Shown: positions 21,444 to 31,462 of the stretch, piece by piece
Layout of the letters: each line of letters opens with the position of its first letter
Numbering within the stretch: position 1 is the stretch's first letter
NCBI GenBank assembly: GCA_010023045.1
Contig: RGJX01000002.1
Span: forward strand, 8,999 to 72,998
DNA from: Actinomycetota bacterium
Lineage (GTDB): Bacteria > Actinomycetota > Actinomycetes > Nanopelagicales > Nanopelagicaceae
DNA length: 64,000 bases
Direction of reading: 5' to 3'
Made by a program: the position numbers and the translations under genes
Notes under the pieces: generated by a model
Told to the model about the DNA's origin: nothing
The model's input: the letters and a program-made list of their open reading frames with translations, nothing else
Database searches by the model: none

Positions 21444-24400
21444 TTATTCCTCTTTTTGGTTCAGGTTTCGATCGGGTTTCGGTCTAGTTGAACCGGTGAC
21501 CTCAGCGATTACCTCGCTCACCCATTCAAGGAGTGAAGTATCTCCTATCTCGCCTGCTTCCACGTAATCCCTCTTCTGCCAAGCGGCGGTTGTCGGGCGT
21601 GCGACTAGAAGGACATTCGTCACAGATTTCACAATCGACCCCGGATAGAGACGGGAGATTCGCAGTTCACGAGATTCGCTTAACTTGATCGGTGCAATCT
21701 TTAGATACTTTCCTTGCATCGCTAAATCCCTAATTCCAAATTGCTTTACCCGGATACGCAACTTAGCGATTTCAAGTAGACGGACTGCTTCCTCGGGAAG
21801 TGCGCCAAATCGATCCTGTAGCTCTTCCTGAATCGCATCAACTTCAAGATCGCCATGAGCATCAGCCAATCTTCGGTAGAGATCGAGTCTTAATCGATCA
21901 GATGGAACGTAGTCGGTAGATAGATGAGCCGTAATTGGAATTTCGACTTTGCACTCAAATTCCTCCGTCGCGCCATCGACGATCCCGCGCTTGAATTCAT
22001 TTACCGCCTCACCAACCATCCGCATATATAGATCAAAACCGACCTCAGCAATATGCCCGGATTGTTCGCCTCCTAGGAGATTTCCAGCTCCTCTTATCTC
22101 AAGATCTTTGAGCGCGACTTGCATTCCCGAACCCAATTCGGAATTGCGTGCAATCGTGGTGAGCCGCTCCATCGCAATTTCAGTGAGCGGTTTATCTCCG
22201 GAGTACAAGAAATATGCATAGGCACGTTCTCTACTTCTACCTACTCTTCCCCTTAATTGGTGAAGTTGGGAGAGGCCAAACTTGTCGGCTCGATCGACTA
22301 TCAAAGTATTGGCATTTGCAACATCTATTCCATTCTCAACGATTGTTGTACAGACCAAGACATCAAATTCTCGATTCCAAAATGCCAGTACGACTTGTTC
22401 TAACGCGCTCTCATTCATCTGACCATGCGCGATCGCAACGCGAGCTTCAGGTACCAGGGTTCGCAATTTGGCCGCAACCTCTTCGATGCTCTCAACTCTG
22501 TTATGGATGTAGAAGACTTGGCCATCGCGTAACAGCTCGCGATGAATAGCGGCTGCTACTTGTTTCTCCTCGTAAGCGCCAACATAAGTAAGCACGGGGT
22601 GGCGCTCCTCCGGTGGAGTTGCGATAGTAGACATCTCACGAATGCCAGTTATTGCCATCTCTAGAGTGCGCGGTATCGGGGTTGCTGACATTGAAAGTAC
22701 ATCTACCGTGGTGCGGAGCTTCTTTAACTTCTCTTTATGTTCAACCCCAAAACGTTGTTCTTCATCGACGATTATCAACCCTAGGTCTCGAAACTTTACA
22801 TCTTCCGATAACAATCGATGAGTTCCAATGACTACATCGACAGTTCCATTTGTTAAACCTGCGAGCGTCTCAGAAATCTCTTTTGCGGTGTTGAACCGGG
22901 AAAGCGCGCTTACTTTCAATGGAAATCCGGCATAGCGCTCTGCAAAAGTTGCTAGATGTTGCTGAACCAAAAGTGTGGTCGGAACTAGTACCGCGACCTG
23001 TTTGGCATCTTGTACCGCCTTAAAGGCCGCTCGTACTGCGATTTCAGTCTTTCCATAACCGACATCGCCACAAACGATTCGATCCATCGGATAAGGCCGT
23101 TCCATATCTGCTTTCACTTCGTTGATAGATACAAGCTGATCAGGGGTTTCTACATATTCAAAGGAATCCTCTAGCTCGCGCTGCCAAGTTGTATCAGCTG
23201 AGAATGCATATCCCGGAAGGCTCGTTCGTGCGGCATATAGTCGGATTAATTCGCCGGCGATTTCCTTTACTGCTTTCTTAGCGCGGGACTTAGCTTTAAT
23301 CCAATCGCTACCTCCGATTCGATGTAGCGCCGGGGTCTCACCGCCAACATATCGAGTTACCAACTCCAATGAATCAGTCGGAACGAAGATTCGATCCGCC
23401 GGTTGTCCTCGTTTTGATGGTGCGTATTCGATTACAACATACTCACGTTCAACTCCGCCAACGCTCCGCTTTAACAATTCCTGATAACGGCCAACGCCGT
23501 GAATTTCATGAACTACATAATCGCCCCGCTTTAATTCAAGTGGATCGATTGCTTTCTTCCGGCGCGAAGGTAATTTTCCTGAAGCCGCTCTCCGATCTCG
23601 TACGCCAGTTATATCGGCCTCAGCTAAGAAAATTACCTTGTTGTTCTTATCTTCAAAGCCAGACTCATAACTTGAACTAAGTAAATAAACCGCATCTCTA
23701 ATAGGAGTTGCAGATAGATCTTCAACTATTCGAGCTGGAATATCCGCTTCGGATAGCAGCTGTAGATAGCGCTCTGTTAAACCGTGGCCGCGAAAGGCAA
23801 GAGCTACAAGGTAGCCAGAAGAGAGCCAAGCTCTAATATCTTTAATCAAACGTTCGACATCGCCTCGATAAGGTGGAACCTCATCGAATTGGGTAATGAC
23901 TGGATCATCAACATCGCCAAATAAATTCAAGGAACGCCAATTCAATCCTCGCTTGCGCGCCGAGCGCTCAACATCTTCGATCTTGAGGTAACCAGCACGC
24001 TGGAGCTCATTTCGAAGTGGCGCTTGCATACCCTCTGCGCTTGATGCGCTTGACCAAGCTGCCTCTAAAAACTCCTCACTTGTTTTGATTAGATCCAGAT
24101 TGCGGTTTCTTATCCGCTCACTCTCAAGGAGAATCACTTCGAAGTCTTCGTTTATAAATTCTAGGAACTCTTTTACCTCAGGATGAAGCAAGCCAACTAG
24201 AGACTCCATCCCATCCGCATAACTACCTTCTTGCACTTTGTTTAGAATCGCTATCAACTCGGGATAATTGCTTCGCGCATCACTTGCTCGCGCTTTGACT
24301 TCATCAGTTATCAATAGTTCCCTACATGGATAGAGCAAAACTTTCTCTGTTATCGGAGCAAAGGTCCGCTGGCTTCCAATTTCAAAGCGCTTAATCTCTT

Positions 24401-24977
24401 CAATCTCATCGCCAAAGAAATCGACGCGGATTGGATAATCGGAGTCGGGCGGAAAAATATCTATGATTCCGCCTCGGACTGCAAAGTCACCTCTGCGCTC
24501 AACTAGATCTACTCGGGTATAAGCGCGCTCAACCAGATTCCTAGTCAATTCAGTAAATGGAAGTGAATCTCCTCGAGTTAAACCAAGTATTGAAAACTTA
24601 TTAATCGATGTGATTATTGGCTGAACTAAGGCGCGGATGGGAACGATGATTATCTGTGCTTCATCAAGGTTATAAATTGTCTTTATCCGCCTTGCAACGG
24701 TATCGCTATTCGGACTTAACTTCTCATGTGGCAAGGTCTCCCATGCCGGGAACTCCATTACTCTCTCAGTTAGCGCGCTTAACTCACCGATTAACTCAGT
24801 TGCTCGCTTACTTGAATGTGTTACAACAACTAGCCGCTTATTTTTTGCTAGCTCTGCGATAAGTATCGGATGAGCCGGCGATGGGGCGACCAAATTTTCG
24901 GCTTCATCCAGGAGGTCTTTGGTCGTTTCAGATAGCGAGATGATGCCATTTATCTTTTTCATAAACCTCCTCTTCAT
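21444..24977 (-). CDS. mfd: transcription-repair coupling factor
   Basis: At 1177 aa it has a UvrB-like N-terminus, a CarD/RID region ([14 protein letters not shown]), helicase motifs ([16 protein letters not shown]) and a TRG/D7 C-terminus. An alternative start at ATG 24962 is preceded by AAGAGGAGG. Confidence 0.95.
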   Translation of the reverse strand: MKRRFMKKINGIISLSETTKDLLDEAENLVAPSPAHPILIAELAKNKRLVVVTHSSKRATELIGELSALTERVMEFPAWETLPHEKLSPNSDTVARRIKTIYNLDEAQIIIVPIRALVQPIITSINKFSILGLTRGDSLPFTELTRNLVERAYTRVDLVERRGDFAVRGGIIDIFPPDSDYPIRVDFFGDEIEEIKRFEIGSQRTFAPITEKVLLYPCRELLITDEVKARASDARSNYPELIAILNKVQEGSYADGMESLVGLLHPEVKEFLEFINEDFEVILLESERIRNRNLDLIKTSEEFLEAAWSSASSAEGMQAPLRNELQRAGYLKIEDVERSARKRGLNWRSLNLFGDVDDPVITQFDEVPPYRGDVERLIKDIRAWLSSGYLVALAFRGHGLTERYLQLLSEADIPARIVEDLSATPIRDAVYLLSSSYESGFEDKNNKVIFLAEADITGVRDRRAASGKLPSRRKKAIDPLELKRGDYVVHEIHGVGRYQELLKRSVGGVEREYVVIEYAPSKRGQPADRIFVPTDSLELVTRYVGGETPALHRIGGSDWIKAKSRAKKAVKEIAGELIRLYAARTSLPGYAFSADTTWQRELEDSFEYVETPDQLVSINEVKADMERPYPMDRIVCGDVGYGKTEIAVRAAFKAVQDAKQVAVLVPTTLLVQQHLATFAERYAGFPLKVSALSRFNTAKEISETLAGLTNGTVDVVIGTHRLLSEDVKFRDLGLIIVDEEQRFGVEHKEKLKKLRTTVDVLSMSATPIPRTLEMAITGIREMSTIATPPEERHPVLTYVGAYEEKQVAAAIHRELLRDGQVFYIHNRVESIEEVAAKLRTLVPEARVAIAHGQMNESALEQVVLAFWNREFDVLVCTTIVENGIDVANANTLIVDRADKFGLSQLHQLRGRVGRSRERAYAYFLYSGDKPLTEIAMERLTTIARNSELGSGMQVALKDLEIRGAGNLLGGEQSGHIAEVGFDLYMRMVGEAVNEFKRGIVDGATEEFECKVEIPITAHLSTDYVPSDRLRLDLYRRLADAHGDLEVDAIQEELQDRFGALPEEAVRLLEIAKLRIRVKQFGIRDLAMQGKYLKIAPIKLSESRELRISRLYPGSIVKSVTNVLLVARPTTAAWQKRDYVEAGEIGDTSLLEWVSEVIAEVTGSTRPKPDRNLNQKEE

Positions 24978-25067
24978 CGCTCTAGGGAATAGCCAAATGG
25001 CCCCGCTTCCTAAAAGGAGGGGGCTATCTGAAATACGAGCGAAATCTTATCGTGAGATTATTCGCCA

Positions 25068-27767
25068 ATGGTCGAGAGCGATAATTCATCACTTCGTAGC
25101 GATGTTCGCAGACTCGGTGATCTACTTGGCCAATCTCTTGTGCGCCAAGATGGCGAAGCCCTTCTTAATCTCGTTGAATCAGTCCGCAAATCGGTCCGTG
25201 AAGGCGGCGGCGAGGAACTCTTAAACTCAGTTTCAACTGCAGATGCCGTTAAGTTAGTTCGAGCATTTAATGTCTATTTCAATCTTGCCAATGTTGCCGA
25301 ACAGGTTCATCGCTCTCGAATTCTTACCGAAGAGCGAGAGATTAAAGGATCTTGGATCTCAAAGGCAGTAGATCGAATCATCGCCGCAGGTGAGAATGGA
25401 AAGAATTTCACAGATGAAGATTTGAAGAAATGGCTCGCCACTTTTGAAGTGCGCCCGGTCTTTACCGCTCATCCAACTGAGGCAGCTCGAAGATCTGTTT
25501 TAAGCAAGTTAGGAACAATTGCCGATTTACTTGATGAACACGAAACCATCGCCCGCGAGCGTCGATTAGCAGAAGCAGTTGATTTGCTATGGCAGACCGA
25601 TGAACTTCGCTTAGGCCGACCAGAACCACTTGATGAAGCGATCAATGCGCTTTATTACTTAGATGACTTGTTGCGCTACACCATGCCCGAAGTCTTAGAT
25701 GATTTCGCGCGCGAACTTCGTCGCTTGAAAGTTGAGCTAGCGCCTACAGCAACGCCCTTCACCTTCGGTTCTTGGATTGGTGGGGACCGTGATGGAAATC
25801 CAAACATCACTCCAGAGGTAACAAAGCAAGCCATAATCTTGCAGATGGGGCATGCAATTCGAGTGCTCATAGCGGTTATGGATGAGATTAGGCAAGCGCT
25901 CTCCGTATCCACCAAGCTTGCTGGAACTTCACCAGCACTTCTTGATTCAGTCGCTCAAGATCTAGAACGAATCCCGGAAATTGAACCGCGCTTTAGAAGA
26001 ATCAATGTTGAAGAACCATATCGATTAAAGGCCACCGCAATTCGGCATCGCTTAAACCTCACCCGCGAGCGCCATTCCAAAGGAAGTGCGCATCAACCGG
26101 GGCGCGATTATGCAAACACTAAAGAGTTGCTTGATGACTTGATGTTGATGCATACCTCGCTAATTGCCAATAGAGGTGAATTGATTGCACATGGATTACT
26201 GGAACGAACTATTCGAGCAGTCGCAGCTTTTGGGCTATTCCATGCCACTATGGATGTCCGCGAACACTCCGCGGCTCATGAAAAGGTAATCACCCAACTA
26301 TTTCCTGATGCCAACTACTCAAAACTTAGCCCCGTTGAGAAATCGAAATTTATTACAGAAAAACTCAAAGTTGATGGTTTAGCAAAATCAATTGATTTAA
26401 AGGCTCTTGATAGCGATGCCACAAAGACCTTAAAGACCTTTGAAGCAATTAAAGAAGCACAAGAAACCTTTGATCCGGAAGTAATCGAGACCTACATAAT
26501 CTCGATGACTCGTGGCCCTGAAGATGTACTCGCTGCCTCACTTCTTGCCCAACTTGCTGGACTGATTGAATTCTCAGATAAAGGCTTTGCGCGTGTGAAT
26601 ATTTCCCCACTTCTAGAGACAGTTGCCGAGCTGCGCGCTGCGGATTCAATTCTTGAATCACTCTTAAGTAATCCGGTCTATCGCAAGATCGTTGAGCTAC
26701 GAGGAAACATCCAGGAAGTTATGTTGGGATATTCTGATTCAAATAAGGATGCTGGAATCGCAACTAGCCAATGGGAAATCCATCAAGCCCAACGAAGATT
26801 GCGCGACGTCGCTCGTAAACACCATGTTCAACTTCGAATCTTCCATGGCCGGGGTGGTTCCGTCGGTCGTGGTGGCGGCCCAACTTATGATGCGATTATC
26901 GCTCTTCCATGGGGAACGCTCGATGGCCATTTAAAAATGACCGAACAAGGTGAAGTAATCTCAGATAAATACTCACTACCAACTCTGGCGCGCGAAAATG
27001 TCGAATTGACTTTAGCTGCTGCCCTTGAAGCAACAGTTCTAAATCGAAAAGCGCGTCAGACTCCTGATGATTTGAAGAGTTGGAATAGCGCTATGGATTC
27101 AGTAAGTGAGAGCGCTTTTAAGACCTATCGCGCGCTAGTTGAGCATCCTGATCTTCCCGCTTATTTCTATCAATCAACCCCAGTTGAACAGCTAGGAAAT
27201 CTATATCTGGGTTCTCGTCCCTCAAGAAGACCGGATGCTGGCGCAGATCTTGCATCGCTTCGTGCCATTCCCTGGGTCTTTGGTTGGACTCAATCTCGAC
27301 AAATCGTTCCAGGTTGGTATGGAGTAGGAAGTGGTTTAAAGGCTGCCCGTGAAGCTGGCCATGGCGAGACGATGGCGAAGATGTTGAAGGATTGGCACTT
27401 CTTCCGCACCTTTATAAGCAATGTTGAGATGACAATTGCAAAGACCGATCTAAAAACTGCTCGAAAATACGTGGAAAGTCTCGTTGATCCCAAACTTCAT
27501 CACTTTTTAGAGCGGATTGAAGCTGAGTACAAACTTACAATTTCCGAGATTCTCTCGCTGACCGGAAAGACTGAAATCCTTGGTGATCAACAGATTCTGG
27601 CTCGAACCCTACAGATTAGAGATAACTACTTAGCGCCGCTTCATCTACTACAAGTCTCACTCTTGAAAAAAGTCAGGCAGCAAGGTGGCTCAAGTGATTC
27701 ACTAATCTCGCGCGCTCTATTACTAACAATAAATGGCGTTGCGACCGGGTTACGTAATACTGGCTGA
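25068..27767 (+). CDS. ppc: phosphoenolpyruvate carboxylase
   Basis: The VFTAHPTE, GYSDSNKDAG, FHGRGGSVGRGGGP and terminal TGLRNTG motifs are present. Length is 899 aa. Confidence 0.95.
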   Translation: MVESDNSSLRSDVRRLGDLLGQSLVRQDGEALLNLVESVRKSVREGGGEELLNSVSTADAVKLVRAFNVYFNLANVAEQVHRSRILTEEREIKGSWISKAVDRIIAAGENGKNFTDEDLKKWLATFEVRPVFTAHPTEAARRSVLSKLGTIADLLDEHETIARERRLAEAVDLLWQTDELRLGRPEPLDEAINALYYLDDLLRYTMPEVLDDFARELRRLKVELAPTATPFTFGSWIGGDRDGNPNITPEVTKQAIILQMGHAIRVLIAVMDEIRQALSVSTKLAGTSPALLDSVAQDLERIPEIEPRFRRINVEEPYRLKATAIRHRLNLTRERHSKGSAHQPGRDYANTKELLDDLMLMHTSLIANRGELIAHGLLERTIRAVAAFGLFHATMDVREHSAAHEKVITQLFPDANYSKLSPVEKSKFITEKLKVDGLAKSIDLKALDSDATKTLKTFEAIKEAQETFDPEVIETYIISMTRGPEDVLAASLLAQLAGLIEFSDKGFARVNISPLLETVAELRAADSILESLLSNPVYRKIVELRGNIQEVMLGYSDSNKDAGIATSQWEIHQAQRRLRDVARKHHVQLRIFHGRGGSVGRGGGPTYDAIIALPWGTLDGHLKMTEQGEVISDKYSLPTLARENVELTLAAALEATVLNRKARQTPDDLKSWNSAMDSVSESAFKTYRALVEHPDLPAYFYQSTPVEQLGNLYLGSRPSRRPDAGADLASLRAIPWVFGWTQSRQIVPGWYGVGSGLKAAREAGHGETMAKMLKDWHFFRTFISNVEMTIAKTDLKTARKYVESLVDPKLHHFLERIEAEYKLTISEILSLTGKTEILGDQQILARTLQIRDNYLAPLHLLQVSLLKKVRQQGGSSDSLISRALLLTINGVATGLRNTG

Positions 27768-27768
27768 T

Positions 27769-28350
27769 TTAAGAATTAAATTTTGTCTGGGCTTTATCTA
27801 GGCCCTCAGTAATCAAAGCCTCGATTGAATCAGCGCCGTTTGAGATAAAGAGTGGAAGATGCTTACGCTCCTCGCTGCTAAATGACTTAAGGACAAAGTC
27901 AGCAGGATCTTGGGAGCCCATTGGGCGACCGATTCCCATGCGAATACGGAAATAGTCCGGGCCCATAACCTTGGTGATGCTCTTTAGCCCATTATGGCCA
28001 TTATCGCCCCCGCCCTGTTTAAGTCGGATCGCTTCAAATGGAATATCGAGTTCATCATGAATAACTATGAGATGGTCGCTCTTTACTTTATAGAAATCAA
28101 TAAGAGATTTTGTAGGACCACCTGATTCATTCATGAAACAACGGAGCGTGGCCGCAACAATTGACTCACCAGAACTCAATTTGTACTCAACCACATTTGC
28201 GCGGGACTTGTGGCTAGAAAGTTTCTTGCCGGAGCGGATGGCTAACTCATTAATGACCATCGCACCGATGTTATGGCGGGTACGTTCGTACTCAGGACCA
28301 GGATTGCCTAGGCCAACGATGATCCAACGATCCTTCGTGCTGCGAAACAT
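27769..28350 (-). CDS. pth: peptidyl-tRNA hydrolase
   Basis: The GLGNPGPEYERTRHNIG and HNGLKS motifs are present. Confidence 0.93.
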   Translation of the reverse strand: MFRSTKDRWIIVGLGNPGPEYERTRHNIGAMVINELAIRSGKKLSSHKSRANVVEYKLSSGESIVAATLRCFMNESGGPTKSLIDFYKVKSDHLIVIHDELDIPFEAIRLKQGGGDNGHNGLKSITKVMGPDYFRIRMGIGRPMGSQDPADFVLKSFSSEERKHLPLFISNGADSIEALITEGLDKAQTKFNS

Positions 28351-28381
28351 GAAAGAAGGTTAGTAGAGAGACAAGACGGAA

Positions 28382-29029
28382 TTACTTGGCTTTTGCTTCG
28401 CCCTCAGCAGGAGCGGCAGCGGCGGCCTCACCTTCTGCAGGAGCAGCAGCTTCACCTTCAGCCGCAGCAGCGACCGGAGCAACTTCTTCAATTGCAGCAC
28501 GAACTGAAACGTGTGCAACCACCATCTTGGGATCGCTCTTAAGTGTGATTCCGGCTGGGAGAACGACATCTTCAGCCAACTTGGAATCGCCCGCCATAAG
28601 GCCGGTGATATCAAGTTCGAGGAATTGTGGAATAGAGGTGACATCGACTTCAACTTCGATTGTGTTGTGAACGTGTTCGAGAATACCTTCTGGGTCATGC
28701 TTACCAGTTGTATGAACTGGAACATTAACTACAACGCGCTCACCGCGACGCACGATAATCAAATCGATATGCTCAAGAGTTCCTTTGAGCGGATTACGGA
28801 CGATGGACTTTGGGAGAACTAGTTCTTGCTTCTCGCCCAAATCAATGTTTAAAAGAACGTTAGAGGTCTTGATCGCTACGCCTACTTCGCGAGCTGGAAG
28901 TGAGATATGTGTTGGCTTCTCGCCATGACCATAGATAACCGCGGGAACTTGTCCATCGCGACGGATTCTTCGTGATGCGCCTTTACCGAATTCATTACGG
29001 AGTGCGCCGGTGATTGATACTTCTGCCAT
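28382..29029 (-). CDS. rplY: 50S ribosomal protein L25 / general stress protein Ctc with Ala/Glu-rich repeat tail
   Basis: It has the N-terminal R.EFGKGASRR.RR.G.VPAVIYG block and two beta-barrel domains. The tail is AAAAEGEAAAPAEGEAAAAAPAEGEAKAK. Confidence 0.9.
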   Translation of the reverse strand: MAEVSITGALRNEFGKGASRRIRRDGQVPAVIYGHGEKPTHISLPAREVGVAIKTSNVLLNIDLGEKQELVLPKSIVRNPLKGTLEHIDLIIVRRGERVVVNVPVHTTGKHDPEGILEHVHNTIEVEVDVTSIPQFLELDITGLMAGDSKLAEDVVLPAGITLKSDPKMVVAHVSVRAAIEEVAPVAAAAEGEAAAPAEGEAAAAAPAEGEAKAK

Positions 29030-29132
29030 TGTCTTGCCTTTCGTCGATAACGGGGTTTACCCCTCGCCTTAAGTGGGCTGAAGGTTACCGAGGGCTGAGC
29101 AAATCGCCAAATTCCAGTAGAAAGTCCCGTAT

Positions 29133-30476
29133 CTATCTGCGACGGAGGCGGCGCACAATTCGCCAACTGATAAGCGAGACAAGTGCAATCGCAACAAAGT
29201 GCCAGATCCCAAGTGGGAAGCGGGCGTGATCTGGTAGCGCTGGATCTTGCGTAGCGGCATCTCTAGGAAGCTCAATTGTTGCAACTAGTCCAGCATGATC
29301 AGATGCAAAGCACTTCTCATCACCACATTCCCAAGTAGAACTTCCATCTGGGTAGATATTTCCAATAAGTTTTGAAGAGATGGTCGCATAAACATTCTTG
29401 GTGAATATGTAATCAAGTCGATCTGTAAAGCCGTATTGATTGCCAAACTCCTTAGCGGCTTCAATTCGATTGGAGTCTGGACCGTTTAGCAAAGCGCTCG
29501 CGCCCCATGTGAAATATCTTGGATCAGTGGCATCTGGCGATGCATTAGCAAAACCAGCATCGATCATGGCCTTATAGGCATTACAACTTGCGCTCCCTGA
29601 AGTCGGACACGCTTCACTTACAACAGGTTGTAAACCCGGATTGGGCTCACTTTTCGCTCTTGGATCTCGGGGATCGGCGTTGAAATCTCCCATCACGATC
29701 AGCGGCATCTTCGCGCCCTTGAGGTCTTCAATTAGTTGGGCCGCTTGGATAGCCGAGTTAGGGATTTTATTTTCATCCCAGATTGATTCCAAGTGAGTTG
29801 ATATGACTCGAACTAAAGAATTGTTTACTTCAAAGTCGACCCAGGTATAGCCACGATAGATTGTCATGATTGTGGGAACTATCGAATAGGTCGCGTCATA
29901 TTCGGTATTTCCAACTAGCTTTATATTTTTCTTTAAGTCATCACGGACCAAGATTGCATCACCGATGGTGAAGCCACAGGCAGCGCTCGAGCTTCCAAAG
30001 AGCGAGAGAAAGAGATCAGGATCCTCTACCTTTGTAAGGTATGGAATAGCAGCAATCGAATACCCGGGATTGAAAGCATCTATCCCATCAAAAGTAGCTA
30101 GTGAATATGAAGTTCCCGTTGCTTGAGTGGCTTTGATAAATTGATCTAGAAAATCAAATACCGCTACTTTTTCGCTCCAAAGATTCTTCTTGCAGTACCA
30201 AATAGTGGCTTCTTGAATTCCAATCAGGGCTGGTTTATCCAAAGCAGCTTCCGCCGCTAATTTATTTGCTCGTTTGGTGAAATCTGTCTTTTTAACCTGT
30301 TCCCACATGAACTGGGCGGCGGCTGGGAAATCTGGGATCAACTCAAGCGCTACTCCGACATCAGCGCCCAAATAGATGTTTCGCGACATCACCGTAATTT
30401 GATAAGGCTCCGATGCCTTGGCGTGCGGAAGTGGGATTAGAAGAACGGAGAGAAAGAGAAGTAAAAGCCGTCTCAC
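29133..30476 (-). CDS. secreted endonuclease/exonuclease/phosphatase (EEP) family protein with C-terminal membrane anchor
   Basis: The signal peptide is MRRLLLLFLSVLLIPLPHAKA. EEP blocks are present (VMSRNIYLG, IGIQE, VMGDFN, SDHAG). The C-terminal hydrophobic helix is followed by RRLRRR. Confidence 0.7.
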   Translation of the reverse strand: MRRLLLLFLSVLLIPLPHAKASEPYQITVMSRNIYLGADVGVALELIPDFPAAAQFMWEQVKKTDFTKRANKLAAEAALDKPALIGIQEATIWYCKKNLWSEKVAVFDFLDQFIKATQATGTSYSLATFDGIDAFNPGYSIAAIPYLTKVEDPDLFLSLFGSSSAACGFTIGDAILVRDDLKKNIKLVGNTEYDATYSIVPTIMTIYRGYTWVDFEVNNSLVRVISTHLESIWDENKIPNSAIQAAQLIEDLKGAKMPLIVMGDFNADPRDPRAKSEPNPGLQPVVSEACPTSGSASCNAYKAMIDAGFANASPDATDPRYFTWGASALLNGPDSNRIEAAKEFGNQYGFTDRLDYIFTKNVYATISSKLIGNIYPDGSSTWECGDEKCFASDHAGLVATIELPRDAATQDPALPDHARFPLGIWHFVAIALVSLISWRIVRRLRRR

Positions 30477-30478
30477 TC

Positions 30479-31462
30479 TTAAGAGTGTCCATCGAAGAGG
30501 CTTGTGACTGAGCCATCTTCGAAGACCTCCTTAATTGCCCGCGCGATAAGCGGTGCGATTGAGAGCACGGTGAGATTTGGGAACTTCTTCTCATCTGGAA
30601 TCGGTAGCGTATTTGCGACTACAACTTCACTTACCTTTGAATTAACCAATCGCTCTACAGCAGGGCCAGAGAAAACTGGATGGGTTGCAGCGACCATGAC
30701 ATCTTTTGCGCCTGCGCTATAAAGCGCATCAACTGCCTTCGTGATCGTTCCGCCGGTATCAATCATGTCGTCGATAACCACGCAAGTTTGTCCCTCAACC
30801 TCACCGACAACTCGACCAGTTATAGCCTCATTTGGAATCTTAGGGTCGCGAGTCTTATGGATAAATGCGATCTGGGTTCCGCCCAAGATATCGCTCCAAC
30901 GTTCTGCGACTCGGACGCGACCTGAGTCTGGTGACACAATCGTCAATCGAGTGCGATCAACTTTTGAACCAACATAATTTGCAAGAAGCGGAAGGGCAAA
31001 GAGATGGTCGACTGGACCATCGAAGAAGCCTTGAATTTGTGAGCTATGTAGATCCACCGTCATCAAGCGATCAGCGCCAGCGGTTTTAAATAGATCCGCC
31101 ATCAAGCGAGCAGAAATCGGTTCGCGGCCACGGTGTTTCTTATCTTGACGGGCATATGCGTAAAACGGAGCAATCACAGTGATTCGCTTTGCAGATGCGC
31201 GCTTTAGTGCATCAACCATGATGAGCTGCTCCATGATCTGCTTATTTACAGGTTCAGCGTGGCTTTGAATGACGAAGGCATCGCAGCCACGAACGCTCTC
31301 TTCGAAGCGGATGAAAATCTCACCATTTGCAAAGTCATATGAAGATGTCGGAGTGATTGTTACCCCAAGTTCGTTGGCAACTTCTTCTGCTAGTTCTGGA
31401 TAACCGCGTCCAGAAAAGATACGGAGACGCTTCTCAGAGCCGAGTCGGAGTTCATTACTCAT
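30479..31462 (-). CDS. prs: ribose-phosphate pyrophosphokinase
   Basis: It has the PRPP synthetase blocks (YARQDKK, the DLHS.QIQGFF loop, DDMIDTGGT). Its start overlaps the glmU stop (ATGA). Confidence 0.95.
   Translation of the reverse strand: MSNELRLGSEKRLRIFSGRGYPELAEEVANELGVTITPTSSYDFANGEIFIRFEESVRGCDAFVIQSHAEPVNKQIMEQLIMVDALKRASAKRITVIAPFYAYARQDKKHRGREPISARLMADLFKTAGADRLMTVDLHSSQIQGFFDGPVDHLFALPLLANYVGSKVDRTRLTIVSPDSGRVRVAERWSDILGGTQIAFIHKTRDPKIPNEAITGRVVGEVEGQTCVVIDDMIDTGGTITKAVDALYSAGAKDVMVAATHPVFSGPAVERLVNSKVSEVVVANTLPIPDEKKFPNLTVLSIAPLIARAIKEVFEDGSVTSLFDGHS

Noticed and set aside
24919-25224. 101-aa ORF crossing the mfd/ppc spacer.
   Set aside because: It overlaps the mfd start on the opposite strand and the ppc 5' end out of frame. 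It has no motif and is most likely spurious.
28385-28480. Short GC-rich DNA repeats that could be mistaken for a repeat array.
   Set aside because: They lie in frame inside rplY and encode the Ala/Glu tail. There is no spacer-repeat periodicity of CRISPR type.
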